From Deferrisomatales bacterium (GTDB lineage: Bacteria; Desulfobacterota; Deferrisomatia; Deferrisomatales; JACRMM01): DNA of 59,586 bases. Below are positions 38,941 through 49,100 of the stretch, in pieces. The notes beneath the pieces were generated by a model. It worked only from the letters and a program-made list of their open reading frames with translations, did not search any database and had not been told where the DNA came from. The position numbers and the translations under genes were made by a program. The stretch spans positions 1 to 59,586 of the forward strand of contig JAWSUI010000020.1 of assembly GCA_033551855.1 (NCBI GenBank). The letters run 5' to 3'. Numbering within the stretch: the stretch's first letter is position 1; each line of letters begins with the position of its first letter.

Positions 38941-40071
38941 TCAGGCCGCCAAGGCGTTGCGCAGCCCGTCGCCCAGAGCCTCGAGCTGCCATCCCTTCAG
39001 GAGCCCGGGGAGCTCCCGGGCGGCCTCGCCGGACGGTGCCCGGCACAAGCGCTCGAGAGTGGCGGAATTCACGAGAAGCCCCGCCTCGATGCCGAGCCGC
39101 TCGGCCGCGCCGGCACGGGCCTTCTTGAGGCGCTTCAGGCACTTCTCCTGCTCTCCGGTCAGGGGTTCTCGCGCCGTGAAGGCGGGCCGGGGACACGCCT
39201 CCGGCGCCAACTGCTGGGCCTTGCGAACCGCGGCGAGGAGGTCGTCGGCGAGCCGGGAGAGAATCCCCCGCCCTGCCCGCGGGGTCTCCAGGAACTCCTG
39301 ACGGGAGGCCGGGGGTTGCTGGGCCCAGGCCAACAGGACGTCGTTGGAGAGCACCTTGAAGGGCGGGCGGTCCCAGGCCCGCGCGGCCTCGTCCCGCACG
39401 TCCAGCAAGCCCTGCAGCACCGCGAGCTGCCGCGGGGAGAACCGTCCGGCCCCCTTCACGTCCAGGCACCAGGGCGCCCGGTCCGGCGCGGGGACGACCG
39501 CCTCCAGGAGGCGAAACTCCTCCTCGGCCCAAGGCCGGCGCCCGAGACCCTCGAGCTCCGCCTCCAGCCGCTCCTTGAGCGGCAGCAGGTAGGCCGTGTC
39601 CAGCGCGGCGTAGGACAGGAGCTCCGGTCCGAGGGGCCGAGCAGACCAGTCCGCACGCTGGTACTTCTTGTCGAGCCGGACGGAGAACTCCTGCTCGAGC
39701 AGGGCGGCAAGCCCCACCCGAGGGCGTCCGGCCAACTGGGCGGCGATCATGGTGTCGAAGACGTTGCGAACCGCGAACCCGTACCCCTTCTTCAGGAGCC
39801 GCAGGTCGTAGTCCCCCCCGTGGAAGACCTTCCGGATGCGGGGGTCTGCGAGGATCTCGCCCAACCCCTCGAGGGCACGCTCCCCCGCCAGGGCGTCCAA
39901 CACCGCCGTGCCCGTCGCGGTGGAAACCTGGGCTAGGCAGATCTTCTCGCGGTAGCTGTGGAGGCTGTCGGCCTCGAAGTCCAGTGCCACCAGGGGTTCC
40001 CCTCGGAGGGAGGGGAGCCAGGCGGAGATCCGCCCGGGGTCGTCCAGGAAGACGTAACGTGGAGGTTCCAT
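38941..40071 (-). CDS. rnd: Ribonuclease D (3'-5' exonuclease + HRDC)
   Basis: ALDFEADSLHSY, KVFHGGDYD, FDTMIAA, ADWSARPL, YAALDT, DRPPFKVL. Confidence 0.92.
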   Translation of the reverse strand: MEPPRYVFLDDPGRISAWLPSLRGEPLVALDFEADSLHSYREKICLAQVSTATGTAVLDALAGERALEGLGEILADPRIRKVFHGGDYDLRLLKKGYGFAVRNVFDTMIAAQLAGRPRVGLAALLEQEFSVRLDKKYQRADWSARPLGPELLSYAALDTAYLLPLKERLEAELEGLGRRPWAEEEFRLLEAVVPAPDRAPWCLDVKGAGRFSPRQLAVLQGLLDVRDEAARAWDRPPFKVLSNDVLLAWAQQPPASRQEFLETPRAGRGILSRLADDLLAAVRKAQQLAPEACPRPAFTAREPLTGEQEKCLKRLKKARAGAAERLGIEAGLLVNSATLERLCRAPSGEAARELPGLLKGWQLEALGDGLRNALAA

Positions 40072-40120
40072 GGGGCTCCCTCGTGGGGGTGCTCGCCGAT
40101 TCTCCCACGCGCCTTCGGGC

Positions 40121-40149
40121 TTGCCAACCCCACGGACCGGTCTTAGGTT
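40121..40149 (+). promoter_or_regulatory. Putative sigma70-type promoter of the hsp20 pair
   Basis: TTGCCA-N17-TAGGTT. Confidence 0.4.
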
Positions 40150-40211
40150 ACGGCCGCTTTCGAGGACCCATCCAGCGGTTTCCGCCCCGTGGGCGGAGAA
40201 GGGAGGCAGAG

Positions 40212-40661
40212 ATGGCGGCGTGGGATCCGTTGCGAGAGTTGGAGAGGCTGCGCAGGGAAATGGACCGCATCTTCGAGGGCGTTTCCCCTGCGCGTACCTG
40301 GTCCCTGGGGTTCCTGCCCGGCACGGCGGCCCGTCAATATCCCCGGGTGAACATCGCGGAGGACGCCGACGGGTACGTGGTGGAGGCCCTGGCCCCCGGG
40401 GTCGACCCGACCACGTTGGACCTGAGCGTCAAAGATAACGTGCTCACCATTTCGGGCGAGAAGAAGGCGCCCGAAGGGGTCCGGGCCGAGGCGTTCCACC
40501 GGAGCGAGCGGTCGGCAGGGCGTTTCGTGAGGGCCGTGGAGCTTCCGGACGATCTGAACGCCGAGCAGGTGAAGGCGGCCTACACGGACGGCATCCTCCG
40601 GGTGAACCTGCCGAAGGCGGAGCAGGCCAAGCCCCGGCGGATCGAGATCGACCTCCGTTGA
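40212..40661 (+). CDS. Hsp20/alpha-crystallin small heat-shock protein
   Basis: YPRVNI, LTISGEK, HRSER..GRFVR, AAYTDGIL, KPRRIEI. Confidence 0.95.
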   Translation: MAAWDPLRELERLRREMDRIFEGVSPARTWSLGFLPGTAARQYPRVNIAEDADGYVVEALAPGVDPTTLDLSVKDNVLTISGEKKAPEGVRAEAFHRSERSAGRFVRAVELPDDLNAEQVKAAYTDGILRVNLPKAEQAKPRRIEIDLR

Positions 40662-40681
40662 AGAGGGGGAGGAGACCAGCC

Positions 40682-41080
40682 ATGAACGAGATCGAGAAGA
40701 CCGTGCCGGAGAGCAGAGGCGAGGTGAGCCAGGCCCAGGAGGTGACGAGGCAGCCGGATCGGTACGCCCTGCCGCCGGTGGACATCTGGGAGGAAGAGGA
40801 CCGGCTGGTGGTGCTCGCCGACCTGCCCGGGGTCGACCGAGAGGGACTGTCGGTGCACGTGGAGCAGGGCATTCTCACGATCGAGGGGAGGGTGCGTCGC
40901 GACGTGCCGGGCAACCTGCTCCGGCAGGAGTTCGCCCTGCTGCCCTTCTTCCGGCAGTTCCGGATCACCGAGGAGGTCGACCCGGAGAAGATCCGGGCGG
41001 CGTTGAAGAACGGAGTGCTCCGCCTGGACCTCCTCAAGGCCGAGAAGGCCAAGCCACGGCAGATCCCGGTGGAGGTGTAG
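40682..41080 (+). CDS. Hsp20/alpha-crystallin small heat-shock protein
   Basis: PPVDIWE, ADLPGV, LTIEG, ALKNGVL, KPRQIPV. Confidence 0.95.
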   Translation: MNEIEKTVPESRGEVSQAQEVTRQPDRYALPPVDIWEEEDRLVVLADLPGVDREGLSVHVEQGILTIEGRVRRDVPGNLLRQEFALLPFFRQFRITEEVDPEKIRAALKNGVLRLDLLKAEKAKPRQIPVEV

Positions 41081-41102
41081 CCCCCGGCCCCCTGGCGGCC
41101 CC

Positions 41103-41136
41103 GCGGGGGAGGCGAAGGCCTCCCCCGCTCGTTTTT
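41103..41136 (+). terminator. Rho-independent terminator
   Basis: GCGGGGGAGGC-GAAG-GCCTCCCCCGC followed by TCGTTTTT. Confidence 0.8.
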
Positions 41137-41157
41137 CCGGCACCGTGCGCGCAGGTT

Positions 41158-41186
41158 TTGGCGCGTGCCGCCGGCCCGGGTATCCT
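41158..41186 (+). promoter_or_regulatory. Putative sigma70 promoter of the AsmA-CHAT operon
   Basis: TTGGCG-N17-TATCCT, ~50 bp before ATG 41235. Confidence 0.4.
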
Positions 41187-41234
41187 GGAGCGAGCAGGGA
41201 CCCTTCCCGGGATCCCCACGGCGCCCCAGGGACC

Positions 41235-44200
41235 ATGAACGCGAGCCCACCCTCCACTACCCCTCCGCAGGAAGAGCCCCGGGCGGCGACCCGGCGCCGT
41301 TTCGGGCGTGTGCTCGCCGCCGCCGCCCTCCTGGCCCTGTTCCTCGGCGTGGGCCTGGCCCTCCTTCCCTCTCTGCTCTCGAGCGGTTGGTTTCGGGGGC
41401 TCGCCGCGGGGCGGGCATCGGAGGCCCTTGGCAGACCGGTGGTGGTGGAGGCGTTGCGTCTGGCCTGGTCCGGCCGTATTCTGGTGGAAGGCCTCCAGGT
41501 CGCCGACCTGCCGGAGTTCTCCCCCGAGCCCCTGCTGACCCTCGACCGCCTCGACCTCTCGCTGGCCCCCTGGGGGCTCCTGCGGTCCCGCCTGCGGGTG
41601 GAGGCGGAGCTCTCCGGTCTCCGGGTGCGGCTCGTCCGGAACGAAGCCGGGGGCACCAACCTGGAGGCTCTGGCGGGCCCGCCCCCCGGCCCTGCGCCGG
41701 AGGACCCTTCCCGACCTCGGGAGCCGGGTCGCGCGGCGGGCCCGTTCCCGCGGGAGGTCTCGGTGCGGTTTCGGGTCGACGGCGCCGCCCTGGAGGTGGA
41801 GGACCGGGCTGCGGGGCGGCAGGCGGCGCTGCGGGAAGTGGCCGTCTACCTCGACCTGCCGGCCCTGGGCGCGCCCCTGACCGCCTCGATCTCGGGGAAC
41901 CTGGAGGCCGGCGGTGGTGCCCCCCTGCCGGCGAGCGCCCGGGTTCTCCTGGAACGGTGGTGGGACCCTCACGGGGAGTTGGACCTCGCGTCGGCCTCGG
42001 CCCGCGCCGAAGCGCGCTTCCCGGGACTGGAGGCAGACCTGGAGGCAGACCTCGCCGCCGGCGCGGCCCGCGGGGGACTCCGCGTGGACCTCGCCCGGGT
42101 GCTGGCTGCGGCATCGCCCTTCCTGCCCTCCGGCCTCGCCCCGAAGGCGCTGGAGGGCACCCTGGCTGCCGACCTCCGCGCCGTCGGCCGCGCCGGAGAG
42201 GAGCTTGCCTTCGAGGCCGCCCTGGAGGGAGACGGCCTCCGGGTGGAGGGCCCCCCGCTCGGGGCGGGAAGGGCCGTGGGGCCCCTGCGGGTGCGGGCGG
42301 ACCTCCGGGGGCGCGCGGACCCCGCCCGCGGGGTCGCGGAGGTCGGGGAGGGGGTTCTCTCCCTCCAGAGGGGAACGCGCCTCGTCTGGCGGGGGCGAGC
42401 AGAGGGAATCGGCTCGCCGGAGGCCCGGTTCGAGGCCGCTCTGGGACCCTCCGAGGTGGACCTGGGCGAGCTCCTGACCCTGGGGAGGGACTTCCTGCCG
42501 CCGGGGCTGGACATCCGGCTCACCGGCGGGCGGGTCCGACTGACCCGGGCGGCCGCAAGCGGCCCCGTGCCGGGAGCGGGTGTGGAGGGCTTGACCCACG
42601 TGGTCGCCGTGGGGGGGTTGGAGGTCGCCGCGGAGGCCTTCGAGGCCGCCGGGGCGGGGGTGCGCACCCGGGGGCGGCGCCTGCTGCTTTCCCTCGAGAG
42701 CCTGGAGGCCGCCCTCGAGGACTTCCGGCCCCGGAGCGCTGCAGTGGAAGGGTCGCTCTCCATCGACAGCCTGGACGTCCAGGAGCCCGAGCACTTGCGC
42801 GTGGAGGGGTTCCGGCTCGGGGAGCTCCGGGGAGCCCTTTCCGAGGTCGCCTGGGGTCCCGAGGACATCATGGCCCGGGGGGAGCTTCGCCAGACCCTCC
42901 GGGCAGACGCCCTGGAGCTTCCCGGGCGGGCCCGGCTGGCCGGGGTGGAGCAGGGAGTCGACCTCACCTTCGCCCTCGGCCCCGGCGGCGCACTGGAGGC
43001 GACCCTGGAGGACTTCGTGCTCCGGATCACCGCCGCCGAGGCGACGCAAGACGGCGCCGCCGCCGTCCTCGGGGGGGACGGGGCACCCCCCGGCCTGGCC
43101 TTGACCGCGCGCCGGGCCCGGGTCTCGGGCTCCCTGCTGGCGCCGGGCCCCCCAGCCGCCGAGGCGTCGCTGGACGGGGCCGAGCTCTCGGCCGGGGCGC
43201 TGCGGGCCACCTCGGGCGACACCTCGGCCCGGGTGCGCGGCCTGAGCGCGGCCCTGGACGGGGTGCGGGTCTCCCTGCGGGAGGGATTCCCCGAGCGGGC
43301 GGCCCTCCGGGCCCGGGCTAGGGCCGCGGAGGTCTCCCTGACGGGTCCGACCGAGGCTGTCGTCAGAGACCTCGCCCTTTCCGGGCTTTCGGTGGAGGCC
43401 GGCGGGCTCCGGCCGACCGAGGGCGCCCTCCTCGGCGTGGCGGGCTGGGTGACGCTGGACCAGCACGTGTCCGTAGGGGAGGCAGCGGCGGCGGGCCGCG
43501 GGCGGGTGGAGGGCCTCCGGCAGGAACTCCGCACGGAGGTCCGCCTGGACGCCGGGCCTACGGCGGAGGTCTCCGGGGGGAGCTTCTCCCTCGCGGCCGA
43601 CCGGGTCGACACACAGCTCCCCGAGGACCCCGTGGGTGGCGTGCCCCTCCGGGCCGAGGCCCGGTGGGAGGCGGTGCGCCTCTCGGCGAAGGGCCCCGGG
43701 GAGCCCCTCAGGGTGGACGTCGAAGGACTCCGCGCCGAGGCGGAGACCGGGGCGTTCCTGAGGGCCGCCCTCCGGGCCGACGCCCGGGACCTGGGTGCGG
43801 AGGGTTTGGAGGCGTCCGGCGAAGTGCACTTGGACCTGGCTCGGGCGGCACAGGCCCTGCCGTCGAGACGCGGCCCGGGCACGCTCACGGGGAGCGCCGC
43901 CGCCAGCGGGGAGGTGGAGGGCCGCCTCCCGGCCCCGGGGGAGCTCGAAGCCCTCCGGCACCGGCCGGAAGCCTGGGCGGAGGCCCCGCTGCCCTTCCTG
44001 ACCCGAGCCGCCGTTCAGTTGCGCCTCGAGGGGCTGGGGGCCGACCTCCCCTTGGGAGGAACGGGAGGCCGGGCGGCGGGTCGCCTGGCCTTCGCGGGGG
44101 TCGAGACCCTCGAGCCCGTCTGGGTCCGCGTCGAGGACCGCGGCCGCACGCTGGCCCTGGGGGGAGAGCTCGTGGGGAGGGTCGAGGCCCTGCCGGTGGC

Positions 44201-45500
44201 CGGGGACCTCCCGGATCGCCTGGGGGAGCCCCTGCGATTGCGCCTCGGTCTCCGGGCAGCGGGCGCAGCCGACGGCAGCCTGGAGGCCCGGCAATTCCTC
44301 GAGGCCGAGCCCCTGGCGCTGCGCCAGGAGGCGGAGCTCCGTGTCCTGGGGCTCGACCGGTGGCTTCGCCAAGGCCTTGGCCGGCCCCCCGCCCTGGCGC
44401 TCGGACTCCTGGAGGGCCGCGGGGGGATCCGGGTGAGCCTGGGAGGGGATCCCGCCACCTCCGGTCCGGCCCCGGGAGGGGCGTCCCTGCACGGGCCCCT
44501 GGAGGCCGGGGCCGAGGCGACCCTGCTCCGTGGAGAAGAGCTCGCCGCCACGGCCTTTCTCCGGGCCGGCGGCGCCTCCCTCCGGTGGGGGGAGACGGCG
44601 GCAGACGGCCTGTTCGCGGATGTGACCCTGGAGAAGCGCTACGCCCTGGCCCGGGTCGCGGCGGACGCCCCTCCCTCGCCTCCCTGGCTCTCCCGGGCGG
44701 TCCTCGGAGCGCTGGACCAGGACCTCGGCGGGGCCCCCTCGACCCAGCGCGCCCCGCCGAGGCCGGCCCGGTTCGCGTCCACGAGCCGGATCGGCCTGGA
44801 CCGGCTGCGCTGGGGGGGCGGGCCCGTATCCCTGGAGGCCCGAAACCTGCAGTTGGAGGTCGGCTTGCCCGACGGCCTCCCCTGGGTCGAACGGATCGAG
44901 CTCGGCCTACTTGGGGGCTCCGCGGTCGGCGCCGTCGGGGCGCGGGGAGGCCGGGACGGCGAGCTCCAGGCGGTGGCCCGCTTCGCCTTCACGGGCCTCG
45001 ACGCAGCCCTCCTGGCCCCCGGGGCCCTGGGGCCGGTGGGCGGGGACGAAGACGGCGAGCTGAGCGGGCGCTTTTCCGTGGCCCTCCCCCTGGAGTCCGA
45101 CGCGGAGGCCTTCCTGGGGGCGGCGCAGGCGGAGCTCGCGCTCACCCGCATCGGCTCCCGGGTGCTCGAGCGGGCCCTGTACGCCCTGGACCCGGGGGAG
45201 AGCAACGAGGCGGTGGTGCGCCAGCGGCGGCTGGTGCGCCTGGGAGGCCCCCGGTGGGTGCGGGCCCAGGTACGCGACGGGAACCTCTCCGTCGAAGGGG
45301 AGGTGGAGGCGGGGGGCGTCCGTCTGGCGCTTCCCCGCCTGGAGCGCCTGCGGGTGTCCCAGCTCCCCGGGCTCGAGGGGCTCGGGGAGGCCCTGGAGGC
45401 TTTGTTGCCTCTGCGGGGGGCCTTGGAGGCGGTCCGAGCGGACGTGCTGACGGTGGACGACGCCGGAATCCTGCGGTTCGAGAGAGGAGGACTGCCGTGA
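41235..45500 (+). CDS. Large AsmA/TamB/YdbH-superfamily (bridge-like) protein, 1421 aa
   Basis: N-terminal TM anchor followed by AsmA-type ASEALGRPVVV..LQVAD..LVRNEAGGTNL; long alternating beta-strand-like sequence; followed by a DUF1318-type gene. Confidence 0.7.
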   Translation: MNASPPSTTPPQEEPRAATRRRFGRVLAAAALLALFLGVGLALLPSLLSSGWFRGLAAGRASEALGRPVVVEALRLAWSGRILVEGLQVADLPEFSPEPLLTLDRLDLSLAPWGLLRSRLRVEAELSGLRVRLVRNEAGGTNLEALAGPPPGPAPEDPSRPREPGRAAGPFPREVSVRFRVDGAALEVEDRAAGRQAALREVAVYLDLPALGAPLTASISGNLEAGGGAPLPASARVLLERWWDPHGELDLASASARAEARFPGLEADLEADLAAGAARGGLRVDLARVLAAASPFLPSGLAPKALEGTLAADLRAVGRAGEELAFEAALEGDGLRVEGPPLGAGRAVGPLRVRADLRGRADPARGVAEVGEGVLSLQRGTRLVWRGRAEGIGSPEARFEAALGPSEVDLGELLTLGRDFLPPGLDIRLTGGRVRLTRAAASGPVPGAGVEGLTHVVAVGGLEVAAEAFEAAGAGVRTRGRRLLLSLESLEAALEDFRPRSAAVEGSLSIDSLDVQEPEHLRVEGFRLGELRGALSEVAWGPEDIMARGELRQTLRADALELPGRARLAGVEQGVDLTFALGPGGALEATLEDFVLRITAAEATQDGAAAVLGGDGAPPGLALTARRARVSGSLLAPGPPAAEASLDGAELSAGALRATSGDTSARVRGLSAALDGVRVSLREGFPERAALRARARAAEVSLTGPTEAVVRDLALSGLSVEAGGLRPTEGALLGVAGWVTLDQHVSVGEAAAAGRGRVEGLRQELRTEVRLDAGPTAEVSGGSFSLAADRVDTQLPEDPVGGVPLRAEARWEAVRLSAKGPGEPLRVDVEGLRAEAETGAFLRAALRADARDLGAEGLEASGEVHLDLARAAQALPSRRGPGTLTGSAAASGEVEGRLPAPGELEALRHRPEAWAEAPLPFLTRAAVQLRLEGLGADLPLGGTGGRAAGRLAFAGVETLEPVWVRVEDRGRTLALGGELVGRVEALPVAGDLPDRLGEPLRLRLGLRAAGAADGSLEARQFLEAEPLALRQEAELRVLGLDRWLRQGLGRPPALALGLLEGRGGIRVSLGGDPATSGPAPGGASLHGPLEAGAEATLLRGEELAATAFLRAGGASLRWGETAADGLFADVTLEKRYALARVAADAPPSPPWLSRAVLGALDQDLGGAPSTQRAPPRPARFASTSRIGLDRLRWGGGPVSLEARNLQLEVGLPDGLPWVERIELGLLGGSAVGAVGARGGRDGELQAVARFAFTGLDAALLAPGALGPVGGDEDGELSGRFSVALPLESDAEAFLGAAQAELALTRIGSRVLERALYALDPGESNEAVVRQRRLVRLGGPRWVRAQVRDGNLSVEGEVEAGGVRLALPRLERLRVSQLPGLEGLGEALEALLPLRGALEAVRADVLTVDDAGILRFERGGLP

Positions 45501-46129
45501 TCGGAATCCCCCGACGGAATGGCTGGCGGGGCCGGGCCCGGCCGGCCGTCGCCCTTGCCCTGGCCCTCGCCCTGGGATCCGGCGGCGGGTGCACCCTGGC
45601 GCGGGTCCAGGTGGACGTCGTGAGCGAGCGGACGGCCCTGGAGAACCAGATCCTCGGAAGCTACAACGCCCTCGACGCCGAGATGCACCTCGTCGCCTCG
45701 GTGCGGGGGGTGGACTCCTCCGGGCGCATCCGGGAGCCCCCGCCCCGGAGCCGGGAGGCGCGGGACGCCACCCTGGCGCTCCAGGTGATGGCTTTCCACG
45801 AGGACGACGTGGCGGCCTTCAAGCGCCTGGGGTGGGCCGGCGAGGGCTTCGACGGGCTCCTGGCGGCCTTCCCCGCGGAGCGGGGTGCCGCCCCCTCCGA
45901 CCTCGAGGACTTCGCCGCCCGCACCTCGGAGGAGGAGCTCCGAGCGGTCCTGACCGAGGTCAACCGCGCGCGGGAGGCCGTGATGGAGAGGATCGTGCAG
46001 ATCAACGAGGACCTGACGCCGGAGGACCTGCCCATGGTGCGCAGGGTCTTCGGACGCCTCAACGCCGAGGGCGCTCTGCCCGGCGAGCGCGTCCAACTCG
46101 ACGACGGTACCTGGACGGAGAAGCCGTGA
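45497..46129 (+). CDS. Lipoprotein with DUF1318 (YdbL-like) domain
   Basis: GTGA overlap; lipobox-like GGG-C32; GWAGEGFDGLL..EVNRAR..ALPGERVQLDDGTWTEK matches the YdbL pattern. Confidence 0.75.
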   Translation: MIGIPRRNGWRGRARPAVALALALALGSGGGCTLARVQVDVVSERTALENQILGSYNALDAEMHLVASVRGVDSSGRIREPPPRSREARDATLALQVMAFHEDDVAAFKRLGWAGEGFDGLLAAFPAERGAAPSDLEDFAARTSEEELRAVLTEVNRAREAVMERIVQINEDLTPEDLPMVRRVFGRLNAEGALPGERVQLDDGTWTEKP

Positions 46130-49100
46130 GTGCCCGGTTGCCCCTTCTCCCCCTCCTCGCGGCGGCCGGCCTCGCGGCGCTGGCCCTCACCCCGACCGCC
46201 CCACGAGCAGAGCCCGCCGACCCGCCCCGGACCGGCGCCGGGCGTCTGCCCCTGGCCGTGCCGGTCCACGAGCCGGTCCAGGTCACCGCCGAAGCCGACC
46301 CGATCGCAGGCCTCGCGGTCTCCCCGGACGGCCGGTGGCTCGCCTACGCCGCGGGCTCACCGGGGAGCCGGGACCTGTGGCTGCGATCCGCCGACCCCAA
46401 CCGCGTGGTGCTCCCCCGCCGCCTCACCTCCGCCCCCGGGGACGAGACCGCGCCGGCCTTTTCCCCGGACGGGCGGAGCCTCGCCTACGTGGGGACGAGC
46501 CACGACGCCCGGGGAGACCTCTTCCTCCTTGCCCTGGACGGGGACGGGTCCCCTGCGGGGGAACCCCGGCGCCTCACGGGCAGGGAAGCCGGCGCCGGCT
46601 CCCCCGCCTTCGCCCGGGACGGCTCGGCCCTCTTCTTCCACCGGGCCCACCCCGGCGAGATGGAGCCCACGCTGGCGGTCCTGCCCCTGGGCCGGGGCGG
46701 TCCCGGTGCGAGCCCGGAGGCTGGCCCGCCCCGGGACCTGGAAGACTCGGGGACGGGCCGTCCGGTCCGGGGGGCGTCCCCGTCCGTCTCCCCCGACGGC
46801 AGCCGGCTCGCCTTCGTGCACCGCACGCCGCACCCCGGGGGAAGCATCTCCCTGCTCGACCTGGCGACCGGGCAGGTCTTCCCCCTCACCGAGGGTCCCG
46901 CCCTGGACTCGGCCCCGGCGTGGACGCCCGAGGGCGACCTCCTCTTCGTGCGCCGGGAGCTCGACACGGACGGGGACGGCTGGGTCACGCCCGAGGACCA
47001 CGGCGTGCTGATGCGGCTCGCCCGGGGCACCCTGCCGGGAGGGCCGTCCCCGGTCCACCCCCGTCCGGGCGCCGACCGCCTCCCCCGCCCCTACCCCTTG
47101 ACCCCCGCCACCTACGGGGCCGACCTGCCGGCGTTGCCCGCCGCTCCGGCCGAGCGGCATCTGTTCTTCGTCTCGGGGCAGCGCGGGGCCGCCAACGCGT
47201 GGAGCCTCCCGCGAGAGGGGGCGGTCCCCCACCGGATCGGCCCGGCGGATCAACTCGCGCTGGCGGAGGAGATCGATCGGGAGCTGTTCCCCCCCGCCCC
47301 GCTCCTGGCGGCGGCAGCCTACGAGAAGGTGCTGGAGCGCTTCGGCGGAGCCGGTCGTCCGGCAGCCCGTGCGGCGCTGGGGGCCGGGCTCGCCTACCGG
47401 GCAGCGGGTCTTTCCGGAGCCGCCGAGACCGCTTTCGCCCGGGTCGCCGCCGATCACCCCGGGGTGGAACCGGAGGCCTCCCTCGCCCGGGTCCGGCTGA
47501 CGGCCCTCACCGCTCGGCGGAAGGAACGGGAAGCCCGGGAGCGGGGGGACGCCGGCGGCGCCCGGGCAGCCCTGGAGGAGGGGCTGCGCGCCCTCGAGGC
47601 CGACGCCGCCGGGGGCGGACCCGAGGTGGTTTCCGCCCGGGCAGGCGTCGAGGGCGCCCGCCTTCTCCTCGACCTAGGTCGCGATGCCGACTCCCTCCTG
47701 GCGGCCCTGGCGGCGGCGGACCGGGTGGCCCGGGACTTCCCGGGCGCGCGGTTCGAGGCCGCCGAGGCCCTCTTCCTGCGGGGAGAGGCTTTCGGCCGGG
47801 TGGGCCGGCCCGAGGCAGTGGAAGGGGCCTACCGGCAGGTCCTCGAGCGCTACCCCGAGGTGGACGAGTGGGGAGACAGGGCCGTGGAGCGGCTCCTCGA
47901 TCTGATCGCGGCCGGCGCCGGGGAGTCCCTCGACGCCCGGGTGGCGGCGCTCCGCCAAGCGGCGGCGGAGGCCCGGGAGCGCCACCCGCGTCTCGCCATG
48001 GGGGCGCTCAACCGCGCCGGGGACCTCCTCTTCGCCGGGGACGAGTGGGCCCGGGCCAAGGCCGCCTACCGGCAAGTGCTCGACGAATTTCCGGAAGTGG
48101 CCACCCAGACCGCGGCAGCCCGGCTCTCGTTGGCCGAGATCCTCTACCGGGAGGAGCGCTTCCGGCAGGCCCTGGAGCTGTACGAGGCCGAGCTGCACCT
48201 GCGCCCACGGGAAGACCGCATCTACCGCCTGGCCCACCGGGGCTACCTGCGCCGCACCGCCGAGGCAGGGGCGGCCCTGCTGCGGACGGGGGAGGCCGTC
48301 TCGGCCCGCAGCCTCTTCCGTGACCTCCTCCGGTATGACAACCGGGCCGTAGAGGGCCACCGGGGGTATGTCCAGGCCTCAGCGGCCCTGGGTGGTCTGG
48401 AGCCGGTGCTCGCCGAGTACCGGGCCCGGGCCCACGCCGACCCAGGGGATGCCGTCGCCCTCTACGCCGTGGGCCTCGCCCTCACCTACCGGGAGACGCG
48501 GGGGGCCCTCGAGGAGGCTCGGGACTGGCTCGTCCGGGCGATCGGGCGCCAGGGGCAGGTGGAGTACTTCCACCAGACCCTGGGGTACGTGAACGAGGTC
48601 CTGGAGACGGTCCACGGGGAACGGGGCGGGCTGGAGCGCGCCCTGGAGGCCTACCGGCGGGCCGCCTTCCTGAACGACCCGGAGGCGAACCCCCCCAACG
48701 CCGCCCACCTCCTCCTCAACCAGGGCAATGCCGCCTTCCTCCTGGGCCAGTATTCCGCCGCCGACCGCTCCTACGCCGCGCGCCGGGCGTCAGGGATCCC
48801 CTTCGACCTCCCCGACGCCGAGCTCCTCTTCTACCGCCGCTTCGGAGAGGCCGCTTTTCAGGTGCGAGACCCCTCCCGGGCGGCCGAGCTCTACGCCCGG
48901 GCCTTGGGGCTCCTGGAAGAGCGGGCCGACCCCCGGGCCGCCTCCCGAGCCTACGACCGCCTGGTGCGGGCGGTCCTGGAGCGCCACCTGGGGCCCCCCG
49001 CCCCCGGAGCCCCCCTGGACGAGGCGTCTCGGCGGCTGGCCGAGCGGCAGTCCGGGCTCCGGGAGCGCCTCTTTCTCCTCACGCGGGCCGCGCCCGCTTC

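Noticed and set aside
40178..40214. RNA thermometer or CIRCE element upstream of hsp20
   Set aside because: A hairpin (TTCCGCCC..GGGCGGAG) sits next to the SD but does not pair with it, and there is no TTAGCACTC-N9-GAGTGCTAA.
45589..46125. ORF-track N-terminal extension of the CHAT protein (3039 aa)
   Set aside because: It overlaps the DUF1318 lipoprotein in another frame; the GTG at 46126 gives a stop/start overlap and a clean signal peptide.
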